DNA from: an uncultured Alphaproteobacteria bacterium | GTDB taxonomy: Bacteria; Pseudomonadota; Alphaproteobacteria; Rhizobiales; Xanthobacteraceae | Direction of reading: 5' to 3' | Length of the DNA stretch: 64,000 nucleotides | NCBI GenBank assembly: GCA_963709015.1 | Contig: CAVPUU010000058.1 | Coordinates: 9,658 to 73,657, forward strand | In this document: one piece after another, positions 22,989 to 34,386 of the stretch | How positions within the stretch are numbered: position 1 is the stretch's first letter | Layout: each line of letters starts with the position of its first letter | The notes under the pieces: model-generated | What the model was told of the DNA's origin: nothing | What the model saw: the letters and a program-made list of their open reading frames with translations, nothing else | The model's database searches: none | Translations under genes and position numbers: made by a program

Positions 22989-24247
22989 ATGCCGCGCTTC
23001 AACGTGCCGTCTCGCTCGCGTGTCTGGCTGCGCGTTGCAGTCCCCGCTCTGCTGGGCATTGCCGCCGCCGGTTGTTCGGATAGCGCGCGCTTCGATTCAA
23101 ATCCATACGCCTCCAACCGCCGCTCGCCGCCGCAAGAGACGACCGGCTCGATCTCGCAGCGCCCAGCCTATAGCCGGGTTGAATTGCAGCCGTTGCCGGC
23201 GCCCGGCCGGCCGGCGATGGTCGCTTCCGGCGGCGTCGCCACCGGCGCGCCGGGCCTCGGCGCTTACCGGCCCGCGACGCCGGAGATCACCGGATCGGCC
23301 GCCGCGCATCGCGCGCCCGCGGCGGCCGGGCATTGGACCTGGGACGGCGGTTCGCCGGTGACGGTCGGCTACGGCGAAACGGTCGAGAGCATCGCGCGCA
23401 AATACGGCGTGCCGGCCGCGGCCATCAGAGAGACCAACGGTTTCCGCGAAGGCGCGTCGTTGCAACCGGGCCAGCGCGTCGTCATTCCGCGCTACATCTC
23501 GGCGAGCGCAAGCCACGCGCCGTCCCCGCGGCAGTCGGTGCCCGCGCGCGCGGCCGAAAACGTCCACATCGTCGAGCCGGGCGAAAGCCTAATGGGTATT
23601 GCGCACAAGCACGGCGTTACGCTCGTGGCGCTGGCGCGCGCGAACAACATGCAGCCCTATGCCAAGATCAGTATCGGCGACCGCCTGACCATTCCCGGCG
23701 GCCGTCACGTCGCCGAACGGCAGACAGCGGCGCCGCAGGTGGCGCAGCCGCGTACGGTTCCGGCCGAGAAGGTTGCCAGCGCCCCGGTTCAGACAGCGCG
23801 CGCATCGCCACGCCCGAGCGCCAGACCACCGAAAGCGTCACCCACACTGCGGAAGCGGCCGGCAGCATGCCGTCGTTCCGCTGGCCGGTGAAGGGCCGCA
23901 TCATCGCCGGCTTCGGCGCCAAGGCGAACGGCGCGCAAAACGATGGCATCAATCTGGCGGTGCCGGAGGGCACGCCGATCAAGGCAGCCGATGACGGCGT
24001 CGTCGCCTATGCGGGCAATGAGCTCAAGGGCTACGGCAACCTGGTGCTGATCCGCCACGCCAACGGCTTCGTGTCCGCTTACGCCAATGCGAGCGAACTC
24101 CTGGTCAAGCGCGGCGACAGCATCAAGCGCGGGCAGGTGATCGCGCATGCCGGACAGACCGGCAACGTGACCTCGCCGCAACTGCATTTCGAAATCCGCA
24201 AGGGCTCGACGCCGGTCGATCCGACCAAATATCTCGGCGGGGCGTGA
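22989..24247 (+). CDS. nlpD: LysM/M23 peptidase lipoprotein, NlpD/DipM-like (one frameshift ~23800)
   Basis: Lipobox AAAGC, two LysM repeats, M23 domain FRWPVKG...NDGINLAVPEGTP...PQLHFEIRKG. Confidence 0.85.
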
Positions 24248-25344
24248 TTGCCACATTCATGTCCCGGATGCGGCGCAGCACGTAAAGCGATTGATCCGTC
24301 ATCCTGAGGCGCGAGCGCGACGCGCGAGCACTCGAAGGATGAGCGTCCCCGGCCGTCGCCCTTCGAGGGCTTCGCTTCGCGAAGCCACCTCAGGGTGACG
24401 GATTGATACGGCGGCGCGTTCTGATCCGTCAATTCCACCCCAAGCCGTCCCGCCAGATCCTGCACGAACTGCCAGGCGACGCGGCCGGAGCGCGAGCCGC
24501 GCGTCGTCGACCATTCCAGCGCGTCGCGGCGCAGCGCTTCGCCGCGCGCCGGAATTTTGTAATGCGCGACGTAGCTGTCGACCATCGCAAGATATTCGTC
24601 CTGGCTACAGCGGTGGAAACCAAGCCAGAGCCCGAAGCGGTCTGACAATGACACCTTCTCCTCGACGGTCTCGCCCGGATTGATCGCGGTCGAGCGCTCG
24701 TTCTCCATCATGTCGCGCGACATCAGATGGCGGCGATTCGAGGTGGCGTAGAAGATCACATTGTCGGGCCGGCCCTCGATACCGCCTTCCAGCAGCGCCT
24801 TGAGCGATTTGTAGGTGGTGTCCTCGGCGTCGAACGAAAGGTCGTCGCAGAACACGATGAAGCGATAGATCGAGCCGCGGATGATGGTCATCAAATCGGG
24901 CAGGCTCTGGATGTCCTCGCGGTGGATTTCGATCAGTTTGAGCGGCGCGCTCTTGCCCGCGCGCGCGGCGTTGACGCCGGCGTGGGACGCCTTCACCAGC
25001 GACGACTTGCCCATGCCGCGCGCGCCCCACAGCAGCGCGTTATTGGCCGGCAGACCCTTGGCGAAACGCTCGGTATTTTCCACCAGCACGTCGCGCACGC
25101 GGTCGATGCCCTTGAGCAGCGACATCTCGACGCGATTGACGCGCTTGACCGATGCAAGACGCCGTCCGTCCGGATGCCAAATGAAGGCGTCGGCGCCGGC
25201 GAAATCGGGCGCGGCGGCGCGTTGCGGCGCCAGCCGCTCGAGCGCGTCGGCGATGCGCACAAGGACCTCGCCGCCGGCCGCCGTGGCAGGCGCCGTGGAC
25301 TTCGATGGCGATTTGGACTTCGATTTGGGCTTCGATTTGGCCAT
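24079..25344 (-). CDS. DUF815 family ATP-binding protein (the ORF runs past the usual end into the repeats)
   Basis: PANNALLWGARGMGKSS (Walker A), FCDDLSF, YATSNRRHL, EEKVSLSDRFGL, GSRSGRVAWQF. Confidence 0.88.
   Translation of the reverse strand: MAKSKPKSKSKSPSKSTAPATAAGGEVLVRIADALERLAPQRAAAPDFAGADAFIWHPDGRRLASVKRVNRVEMSLLKGIDRVRDVLVENTERFAKGLPANNALLWGARGMGKSSLVKASHAGVNAARAGKSAPLKLIEIHREDIQSLPDLMTIIRGSIYRFIVFCDDLSFDAEDTTYKSLKALLEGGIEGRPDNVIFYATSNRRHLMSRDMMENERSTAINPGETVEEKVSLSDRFGLWLGFHRCSQDEYLAMVDSYVAHYKIPARGEALRRDALEWSTTRGSRSGRVAWQFVQDLAGRLGVELTDQNAPPYQSVTLRWLREAKPSKGDGRGRSSFECSRVALAPQDDGSIALRAAPHPGHECGNHAPPRYLVGSTGVEPLRISKCSCGEVTLPVCPACAITCPRLMLSPRLTRSSLALA
24296..24401. repeat. GTCATCCTGAGG...CCTCAGGGTGAC palindromic doublet repeat
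   Basis: Terminal inverted arms CCGTCATCCTGAGG / CCTCAGGGTGACGG, inner TCGAAGG/CCTTCGA; between convergent genes. Confidence 0.82.
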
Positions 25345-25560
25345 TGGGGACTGCTTTTCAAAAGTGCGCTGCTCTTAGCGGTCCTGTATTGCTCCGGCAA
25401 GCGGGCTTGCCGGAAATAGGCCAAAACCGTCCCGTTTTCAGGGGTCTAGCGGCGTTGCAATTGGGGCTACGGCCGCTATAGTCCGCGCGAAATTGCGCCA
25501 GTGAGCCGGGCCGGGGACGCGCGCCTGGCGTGTCCCTTCAAACCGCTAAGGAAGCTTTCG

Positions 25561-25917
25561 ATGTTCATTTCGACCGCGTTCGCGCAAGGGTCGCTGTTCG
25601 GCGGGGCCGGCGGCGACAGCGGCAACATGATGATGTCGCTACTGCCGTTCGCGCTGATCTTCGTCATCATGTATTTCCTGATTTTGCGTCCGCAGCAGAA
25701 GAGGGTGAAGCAGCACGCGGAACTGGTCAAGAACGTTCGGCGGGGCGACACCGTCATCACCAATGGCGGGCTGGTCGGCAAGGTCACCAAGGTGATCGAC
25801 GACGACCAGATCGAAATCGAGATCGCGGACGAGGTGCGCATCCGCCAGATAAGGTCGATGATCACCGATGTTCGCGCCAAGGGCGAACCGGTGAAGGACG
25901 AGGCGGCGGCCGGCTGA
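25561..25917 (+). CDS. yajC: Preprotein translocase subunit YajC
   Basis: MYFLILRPQQKR, RRGDTVITNGGLVGKV. Confidence 0.95.
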   Translation: MFISTAFAQGSLFGGAGGDSGNMMMSLLPFALIFVIMYFLILRPQQKRVKQHAELVKNVRRGDTVITNGGLVGKVTKVIDDDQIEIEIADEVRIRQIRSMITDVRAKGEPVKDEAAAG

Positions 25918-25970
25918 TCGTCGGGCTCCAAGTTTTTCAACCCTAGTTTTCCGGACTAAGTCGGGACGTC

Positions 25971-27571
25971 ATGCTTTATTTCACGCGCTGGAAGGCGGCG
26001 GCGATCGCTCTCACGGCATTGTTCATTTGCCTGTTCGCCGTTCCCAATTTCCTGCCCGAAAAGATGGTGGCGAGCTGGCCGAAATGGGCGCAGCGCCATG
26101 TCGTTCTCGGCCTCGATTTGCAGGGCGGCTCGCACATCCTGCTCGAAGTCGACACCAAGGCGGTGCGCAAGGAAATGCTGGAGACGCTGCGCGACGACAT
26201 GCGCCGCGTGCTGCGCGAGGCGCGCATCGGCTATACCGGGCTGGTGGTGCGCGGCAACAGCGTGGAAGTGCGCATCCGCGAGGGTGCCAATGCCAATCAG
26301 GCGCTGGAAAAGCTCCGAACTTTGTCGCAGCCGCTCGGCGGCCTTCTCACCGCCGCCGGCCAGCGCAACGTCGACGTTAGCAGCGAGGCCGGCGGGCTGA
26401 TCCGGCTGACGCTAAGCGATCCCGCGATCGTCGAGCGGGTGCGCCAGTCGGTCGATCAATCGATCCAGATCATCGAGCGGCGCGTCAACGAGCTCGGCAC
26501 GGTCGAGCCGCTGATCCAGCGCGAGGGCACCGACCGTATCCTGGTGCAGGTCCCCGGTTTGCAGGACCCGACCCGGCTCAAGCAGCTGCTGGGCAAGACC
26601 GCCAAGCTCGATTTCCGCATGGTCGATACCGGCGCGTCGGCCGAGCAGGCGGTGCAAGGCCAGGTGCCGCCGGACGACGAACTGCTCTACAGCGGAGCCA
26701 GCCGAAGACGCCCTATCTGGTCGAGAAACGCGTGCTGGTCTCGGGCGCCGATTTGACCGACGCGCAGCCCGGCTTCGACCAGCGCACCAGCGAGCCGATC
26801 GTTTCGTTTCGCTTCAACACGTCGGGCGCACGCAAATTCGCGGAAGTGACGCAGCAAAATGTCGGCAAGCCTTTCGCCATCGTGCTCGACAACGAGGTGA
26901 TCTCGGCGCCGGTGATCCGCGAGCCAATTCTCGGCGGCTCGGGGCAGATTTCCGGCAGCTTCACGGTGCAGAGCGCCAACGATCTCGCCATCCTTCTGCG
27001 CGCCGGCGCGCTGCCGGCCCCGCTCACCATCATCGAGGAGCGCACCGTCGGCCCCGGGCTCGGCGCCGACTCGATCGCCAAAGGCAAGGTCAGTTCCTAC
27101 GTCGGCGCCGCCATGGTGGTCCTGTTCATGCTGGCCACCTACGGGCTGTTCGGCCTGTTCGCCAATATCGCGGTCGCGATCAACGTCGCCATGATCTTCG
27201 GCGTATTGTCGATGCTCAACGCCACGCTGACGCTGCCTGGCATCGCCGGCGTCGTGCTCACAGTCGGCATCGCGGTGGACTCGAACGTTCTGATCTATGA
27301 GCGCATCCGCGAGGAGGTGCGCCATGGCCGAACACCAATCAACGCCATCGACGCCGGCTTCAGCCGCGCGCTCGCCACCATTCTCAATTCCAACATCACC
27401 ACCTTCATCGCCGCCGCGGTGCTGTTCTATATCGGCACCGGACCGGTGCGAGGCTTTGCCGTGACGCTCGGCATCGGCATCATCACCACGGTGTTCACCG
27501 CCTTCACGCTGACGCGGCTGATTGTCGCCACCTGGGTGCGCTGGCGGCGCCCGCAGCGCGTGCCGATCTAA
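25971..27571 (+). CDS. secD: Protein translocase subunit SecD (frameshift ~26700)
   Basis: LGLDLQGGSH, RRVNELGTVEP, LRAGALPAP, RTVGPGLG, AVDSNVLIYERIREE. Confidence 0.94.
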
Positions 27572-27583
27572 GGGGGTTCACCG

Positions 27584-28528
27584 TTGCGCCTGCTTCGCAT
27601 CGTACCCGACGACACCAAATTCGATTTCATGCGCTTCCGGCGCATCAGCTTTCCTGTTTCCGCGCTGATGTCGATCCTGGCGATTTCGCTCTATTTCTTT
27701 CACGGGCTGAATTTCGGCATCGACTTCAAGGGCGGCACGCTGATCGAGGTGCAGACCAAGGCCGGCGACGCCGACCTCGCCAAGATGCGCGCCGCGCTCG
27801 GCACGCTGGGTTTGGGCGAGGTGCAGTTGCAGCAATTCGGCGCGCCCAACGACGTGCTGATCCGCATCGCCGAGCAGCCGGGCGGCGACGCGGCCCAGCA
27901 GGAGGCGGTGGCGAAGGCGCGCGGCGCATTGGGCGATGCCTATACTTATCGCCGGGTCGAGGTGGTGGGCCCGCGCGTGTCGGGCGAATTGCTTTCGTAC
28001 GGCGTCGTCGGGCTGGGTTTGGCGATTTTCTGCATTCTTATTTATTTGTGGTTCCGGTTCGAATGGCAGTTCGCGCTCGGCGCCATGATCGCCAACGTGC
28101 ACGACATCGTTCTCACCATCGGCTTCATGTCGGTGACGCAGATCGACTTCGACCTGACCAGCATCGCGGCGCTGCTCACCATCCTTGGCTATTCGCTCAA
28201 CGATACGGTGGTGATCTACGACCGGATTCGCGAGATGCTGCGGCGCTACAAGAAGATGCCGATGCCGGAGTTGCTCAATGCCTCGGTGAACCAGACGCTG
28301 TCGCGCTCGGTGATCACGCACGTCACGGTGTCGCTGGCTTTGCTGGCGCTGCTGTTGTTCGGCGGGCAGGCGATCCACTCCTTCACCGCCACCATGATGT
28401 TCGGCGTGGTGTTGGTCGGCACCTACACTTCGGTGTTCATCGCCTCGCCGATCCTGATCTATCTCGGGGTTGGCCGCGGCGGCGACGCGCTCACGCGCGC
28501 GGCCGAGACGAAGAAAGAAAAGCCCTGA
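27584..28528 (+). CDS. secF: Protein translocase subunit SecF
   Basis: NFGIDFKGG, VGPRVS, HDIV, GYSLNDTVVIYDRIRE. Confidence 0.96.
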   Translation: MRLLRIVPDDTKFDFMRFRRISFPVSALMSILAISLYFFHGLNFGIDFKGGTLIEVQTKAGDADLAKMRAALGTLGLGEVQLQQFGAPNDVLIRIAEQPGGDAAQQEAVAKARGALGDAYTYRRVEVVGPRVSGELLSYGVVGLGLAIFCILIYLWFRFEWQFALGAMIANVHDIVLTIGFMSVTQIDFDLTSIAALLTILGYSLNDTVVIYDRIREMLRRYKKMPMPELLNASVNQTLSRSVITHVTVSLALLALLLFGGQAIHSFTATMMFGVVLVGTYTSVFIASPILIYLGVGRGGDALTRAAETKKEKP

Positions 28529-28530
28529 CG

Positions 28531-28914
28531 ATGGCGGCCGGCGTGGACGCCCCGCATCTGCCTTACCCGGTAACGATCGATGCCTATGGCAACGGCGGCT
28601 TCCGCTTCGGCGCCATGTCGCACCGCGGATCGCTGCTCTGCCTGCCGGATGGCATCTGGGCCTGGCCGGTCGGAAACGTCGGCGAACTCACCGAAGCGGC
28701 GCTGGCGCCGGTTTTCGCGCGGACACAGGCGCTCGATTTGTTCTTGATCGGGGTCGGGCGCGACCCTTGCGCGTTGCCGGAAGCATTGCGGGCGCGCTTC
28801 CGCGCTTTGTCGATTTCGGTCGATTGTCTGGGTACCGGGCCGGCGGCGCAGATCTACAATATCCTGCTGGGCGAGAAGCGCCGGGTCGGTGCCGGATTGA
28901 TTGCGGTCGAATAA
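28531..28914 (+). CDS. Mth938-like domain protein
   Basis: IDAYGNGGFRF, HRGSLLCLPDG, YNILLGEKRRVGAGL; typical position after secF. Confidence 0.85.
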   Translation: MAAGVDAPHLPYPVTIDAYGNGGFRFGAMSHRGSLLCLPDGIWAWPVGNVGELTEAALAPVFARTQALDLFLIGVGRDPCALPEALRARFRALSISVDCLGTGPAAQIYNILLGEKRRVGAGLIAVE

Positions 28915-28928
28915 TCTAGGCTGTGCCG

Positions 28929-29773
28929 ATGAACAATTTCGAGCACTGCGCGGCGCTGGTGCGCGAGGCCGACCGGGACCGCTATCTCGCCACGTTGTTC
29001 GCGCCGGCCGCGCAGCGCAACGCGCTGTTTGCGCTCTACGCCTTCAATGTGGAGATTACGCGCGTGCGGGACCTTGCGCGCGAGCCGATGCCCGGCGAGA
29101 TCCGCCTGCAATGGTGGCGCGAAGCCCTGACCGGCGAGCGCGAAGGCGAGGCGGCCGCGCATCCGGTCGCGGCGGCGTTGCGCGAGATCTGGCGCGTTAC
29201 GCGATCGCGGGCGACCGGCTCATCGCCTTGATCGATGCGCACGCATTCGACCTTTACGACGAACCGATGGCGACGGTGACCGATCTGGAGATTTACGGCA
29301 TCAGGACGCAGTCCACGCTGTTCGCCGTGGCCGCCGAGATGCTCGGCGGCGGTAAGGCGACCGAACTGGTTGCCTTGGATACCGGCATTGCTTATGCAAT
29401 TGCGGGAATTCTGCACGGGCTGCCGCGGCACGCCGCGCGCCGGCAGCTTTACCTGCCGCTCGATCTGCTCAAACGCCATCGCGCCGACCCGAACGAGATT
29501 TTCGCCGGGCAGATGGGCGATCCATTGCGCGGCGCGCTCGACGAGATGCGCGCGCTTGCGCGCCGGCATTTGGCAACGGCGCAAGCGCGATTGCCATCTG
29601 CGCCGCCCGCTATTCTACCGGCCTTGCTGCCGGCCGCGCTAGTTGGACCGGCACTGCGGCGGATGGAGCGCGCCGGTTACGAGCCGTTGCAGGTTGAGCC
29701 GGCATCGCCGTGGCGGCGGCAATGGCAGTTGTGGCGCGCGGCGCGCGACCCGGGTCGCATTTTCAGGACGTGA
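28929..29773 (+). CDS. Phytoene/squalene synthase family protein (frameshift ~29190)
   Basis: DRDRYLATLFAP, LYAFNVEI, EPMPGEIRLQWWRE, LYLPLD. Confidence 0.85.
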
Positions 29774-31188
29774 TTATTCCGCCGCGGCGGCCGGCAACTC
29801 GCCGGCAATCCAGCGATCGAGATCGATCAGCGCCCGCTCGCTGAGCGCGCTCTTGCGCGCAAGGTTCTTGGCTGAGCCGCGGCCGAATTTGCGGCCTTCG
29901 AGTGCGGGAGGCGCAGCGATCGGCGGGAACAGGCCGAAATTCACGTTCATGGGCTGGAACGAGGAAGGCCCGGCATCGATGGTCTCGATATGACCGCCGG
30001 TGATGTGGGCGAGCAGCGCGCCATGCGCCGTAGTCGATGGTGGCGGCACGATCGGCTCATCGCGGCGTTCGGCGGCGGCAAAACGCGCCGCGAGCAAACC
30101 GATTGCCGCGGATTCCACATAGCCCTCGCAGCCGGTAATCTGGCCGGCGAAGCGCCAGCGTGGATTGGCTTTGAGCCTCAGCCTCTCGTCGAGCAGCTTC
30201 GGCGAATTGAGGAAGGTATTACGGTGCAGCCCGCCGAGGCGGGCGAATTCCGCGTTTTGCAGACCCGGAATGCTGCGGAAGATCCGTACCTGCTCGCCGT
30301 GTTTCAGCTTGGTCTGGAAGCCGACCATGTTGAATAACGTGCCGAGTCCGTTGTCTTGGCGTAGCTGCACGACCGCATAGGGTTTCACGTCCGGCTGTCG
30401 CGGATCAGTCAGGCCGAAGGGTTTCATCGGGCCGTGGCGTAACGTCTCACGCCCGCGCTCGGCCATCACCTCGATCGGCAAGCAGCCGTCGAAATAGGGC
30501 GTAGAAGCTTCCCAGTCGCGGAACACGGTCTTGTCGCCGGCGAGCAGCGCATCGATGAAGCCGTCGTATTGCTCGCGCGACAGCGGACAATTGATGTAGT
30601 CGGCGCCGGAGCCGCCCGGACCGGCCTTGTCGTAGCGCGATTGGAACCAGGCCTGATCGAGATCGATGCTGTCGCGATGCACGATCGGCGCGATGGCATC
30701 GAAAAAGGCGAGCGCGTCCTCAGCCGTCAGCGTGCGGACCGTGGTCGCCAGATCGGGCGAGGTGAGCGGGCCGGTGGCGATGATGACGCTGTCCCATTCC
30801 TCCGGCGGCACCGCGACTTCGCCGCGCAGCAGCGTGATGAGCGGCTGCGACGCGAGCGCCGCCGATACGGCGCTGGAAAATCCGTCGCGATCGACCGCCA
30901 GTGCGCCGCCGGCGGGAACTTGGTTGGCGTCCGCCGCGCGCATCACCAGCGAACCCAGCCGGCGCATCTCGGCGTGCAGCAGGCCGACCGCGTTGTGATT
31001 TTTGTCGTCGGAGCGGAAAGAATTCGAGCAGACCAGTTCGGCGTAGCCGTCGGTCTTGTGTGCGGCGGTCGGTCCGCGAGTGGCCGCATTTCATGCAGAG
31101 CCGCGGGAACACCGGCTTGCGCCAATTGCCAGGCGGCCTCCGAGCCGGCGAGGCCGCCGCCGATGACATGGACGGGCTTCAGGATCAT
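29774..31188 (-). CDS. trmFO: tRNA m5U54 methyltransferase TrmFO (frameshifts near the 5' end)
   Basis: [66 protein letters not shown]. Confidence 0.94.
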
Positions 31189-31278
31189 GCGCCGAACCTA
31201 GGCGTGGACCTGGCCGACGGCAACCACATGCCGAATTTCTATGTGGCGCATGGCCTAATTAGCTCGATGACCCAAACG

Positions 31279-31308
31279 AAAACGCCCGCGACGAGCGCGG
31301 GCGCTTTT
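31279..31308 (-). terminator. Intrinsic terminator downstream of the DUF1127 gene
   Basis: AAAA-CGCCCGCG-acgag-CGCGGGCG hairpin with a T-run on the minus strand. Confidence 0.65.
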
Positions 31309-31327
31309 CAGGCAGATATCGTAGCGC

Positions 31328-31480
31328 CTAGCGGTGCGCGGCGTTCCACGCCACCCGATGAATATCGGAACGGCTGATGCCGATATCAGCAAGCTCGCGG
31401 TCACCCAGGCGGGACAGTTCGGTCAGGCTCCGGTTGTAACGCTTCCACTGCCGGATCAGGCGGACAATATTGGCAAACAT
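31328..31480 (-). CDS. DUF1127 small protein
   Basis: MFANIVRLIRQWKRYNRSLTELSRLGDRELADIGISRSDI; ELxxLxDxELxDIG signature. Confidence 0.9.
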   Translation of the reverse strand: MFANIVRLIRQWKRYNRSLTELSRLGDRELADIGISRSDIHRVAWNAAHR

Positions 31481-31752
31481 AGCGGTCTCTTTCTTTCGGA
31501 ATCCGGCGCCGCGCCGGCGGTTTGAGTTGACGCCAAAATAGGGATGCTCGGCCGATTGAAAAGCAATAATGTTGCGTCGCAGCAATGCAAAAATCGCATA
31601 GCTTAAGTAATTGATTGTTAAATGAAACAGCCCGTCGGAACCCGATTTCTCTTCGATCTTGTCGCCGGCATGGTGCCCGTTTCGGCCCGGCCAACCGGAT
31701 CCCAAAATGGGCCGGATTGTGTAGATTGCCGACCCGCCACCGGAGGTAATCC

Positions 31753-33574
31753 ATGAAGACGATTGCATGCGACCCGCCGATGGTGCGGCACAAGAGGCTT
31801 CGATGAATTGCAAGATGCGGCGTGCTGCGGTGACCGGCAGAAACCGCCGTACTGCGTCGCCGCTGGCAGCCGTCGAACCGGACTTTCAAGCGACCTCCTG
31901 GCGCACGGCTGGCAACTGCTCGCCGAGGGCCGCGACGAGCAGGCCATGGAGGTCGGAGTACAGGCATTGCGCCTACGGGAGACCGACGACAGTAAGGCGT
32001 TCTTTGTTCAATGCGTGCGGCGCTGGTCCTACTTTCCCGGCGCCGAAAAATTGCGCGATGTTTTCGTCCGTGCGCTTCGAGAAGCATGGGCCAAGCCGAG
32101 CGACATCATCGGCACCGTCAGAGGATTGCTCGATCATGACCCGGTAATCGGACCAGCGATACGGCGCGCCTTTGCCGCGTGGCCGCGCCGGCTTTCACTC
32201 CTAGACCTTCTAGATGGGCGGAATGTTGCCGCTATTGAAGACGATCCGCTGTTGCTGGCAATCCTTGAATCCAGCAAGTTTGTCGGCGTCAGCCTTGAGT
32301 ATTTTCTCACGTCGGTCCGCGCCGGTCTGCTCGACATAATCTCGGGGGGCGCGCTGACTACAGCGAAGGCACGGTAAGACTGTGTTGCGCGCTCGCCCGC
32401 CAATGCTACATCACCGAATACGTTTTCGATTTATCACCAGACGAATACGATCGCGTCAAACGCCTGCGTGACAGGGTCAACGCTGCGATTGCTTCAAAAG
32501 GAAAAATTTCACCGTTCGATCTAGCCGTTTTAGCCGCGTACGAGAGTTCTCGACCGCTTGCCTGAGCGTGAATCTCTACTCAAACGTTCTTGGCCCGAAA
32601 GTGTTGGCGATTTGCTGAATCAGCAAATCCGTGAGCCCTCCATCGAGCGGCGGCATCGCAATTCCATCCCGAAGATCACCGCTATCACGGACGGCACGTC
32701 AATCAGCGTCCGACAGCAATACGAAGATAATCCATATCCTCGATGGAATAACATGCATGCAAGCGCTCCGCCCGTGCCGATCGACGAATTGATCGCCAGG
32801 GATTATCCGTTCAGCAACTACCGCAAGACGGACAAGATCGTGGGCTTCGATATTTTAGTCGCCGGTTGCGGCACCGGTTATCATTCGATTCTGTTCGCAC
32901 ATAGTCTTCCCGACGTAAAAATGTTGGCCATCGATCTCAGTCTATCTAGTCTCTGTTATGCAAAACGAAAGACGCGAGAGCTAGGCCTGACTGATATAGA
33001 ATATGCTCAGGCTGATATCCTTGAGCTTGGGAGTTTAGGACGAACCTTTGATGTTATTTCTTCCAGCGGGGTACTGCATCATCTCGCCGATCCGGAACAG
33101 GGATGGGGCACTCTACTGTCGTTGCTGCGGCCCAATGGCTGTATGCACATCGGCCTCTACAGTGAATTTGCGCGTCGGAAGCTCGCCGTGGCACAGAATT
33201 GGTTGCATACGCGGGGCTACGGCGCAATTACCGAGGACATTCGCCGCGCCCGGCAGGATTTAATAGCCGCCGCCGCCGACGAGCCAACATTCAACGACGT
33301 GCTCAACTTTCCCGACTTCTTTACGATGAGCGAGTGCCGCGATCTACTGTTTCACAGTCAGGAGCAAAGCTTTACGATACCGCGTATTCACTCGTTCATC
33401 GAGAGAAACGAGTTGCGGTTCTTGGGCTTCCAAATCGACACTGTTTTCCGCGACCAGTTTGCAAAACGCTTCTCCCGCGAGCGAGAGGCGGACCTCATGC
33501 TTTGGCACGAATTCGAGATCGAAAATCCCGATGTCTTCAGAGGCATGTATCAATTCTTGGTACAAAACGCTTAA
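31753..33574 (+). CDS. Class I SAM-dependent methyltransferase with a helical/TPR-like N-terminus (broken into 3-4 frames; error or pseudogene)
   Basis: GGAGG RBS before ATG 31753; ALARQCYITEYVF in the bridging frame; VRQQYEDNPYPRW, ILVAGCGTG, SSGVLHHL, SECRDLLFH. Confidence 0.75.
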
Positions 33575-33607
33575 GCGGTTTAGCTCATTCAAATCGGAGA
33601 AAGTGCC

Positions 33608-34376
33608 ATGGTAAAAAAAGCGAACGCAGCGATTTGGATTGTCGCGGGGATGATCGCTCTAGCGACGCCGGCCAATGCTGCCGAGGTCAAAGTGCTGACC
33701 GCCGGCGCCTTCAAGCAGGTGGTGCTGGCGCTGGCGCCCAATTACGAGCGGCAGACCGGTAACAAAGTCGTCGTGGACAACGGCACCACCGGCCAACTGA
33801 AGGCGCGCATTAATGGCGGCGAGGGCTTCGACGTCGTGGTGATCACCCCGGCGGTCGTCGACGAAATGATCGCAAGCGGCAAGGTCGCCGCTGGCAGCCA
33901 GGTGAAACTCGCGGGCGTCGGCATCGGCGTGGTGGTGAAAGAAGGCGCGCCTAAACCGGACATCAGCACCGTCGAGAAATTCAAAGCGGCACTGCTGAAG
34001 GCAAAATCGGTCGCCTATATCGATCCGGCGAGCGGCGGCTCGAGCGGCATCTACATCGACAAGCTGCTTGAGAAAGCTCGGCATCGCCGACCGGATCCGC
34101 CCGAAGGCCAAGCTGAAGAAAGGCGGCTACGTCGCCGACTTCGTCGTCAGCGGCGAGGCAGAACTCGGCATTCACCAGATCAGCGAAATCGTGCCGGTGA
34201 AAGGCGCCGCGCTGGTCGGGCCGCTGCCGAAGGCGATTCAGAACACTACGATCTATGCAGCGGGCTTGAGCGCATCCACCAAGGAAAAGGACGCGGCCAA
34301 GGAATTGATCGATTACCTCTCGGGTCCCGACGCCGCCGCGGTGCTCAGGTCCAAGGGCATGGAGCCGGCGAAATAA
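33608..34376 (+). CDS. ModA-like ABC substrate-binding protein (one frameshift)
   Basis: Signal peptide, YIDPASGGSSG, GEAELGIHQISEI, VGPLP. Confidence 0.82.
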
Positions 34377-34386
34377 GGATGCCGCT

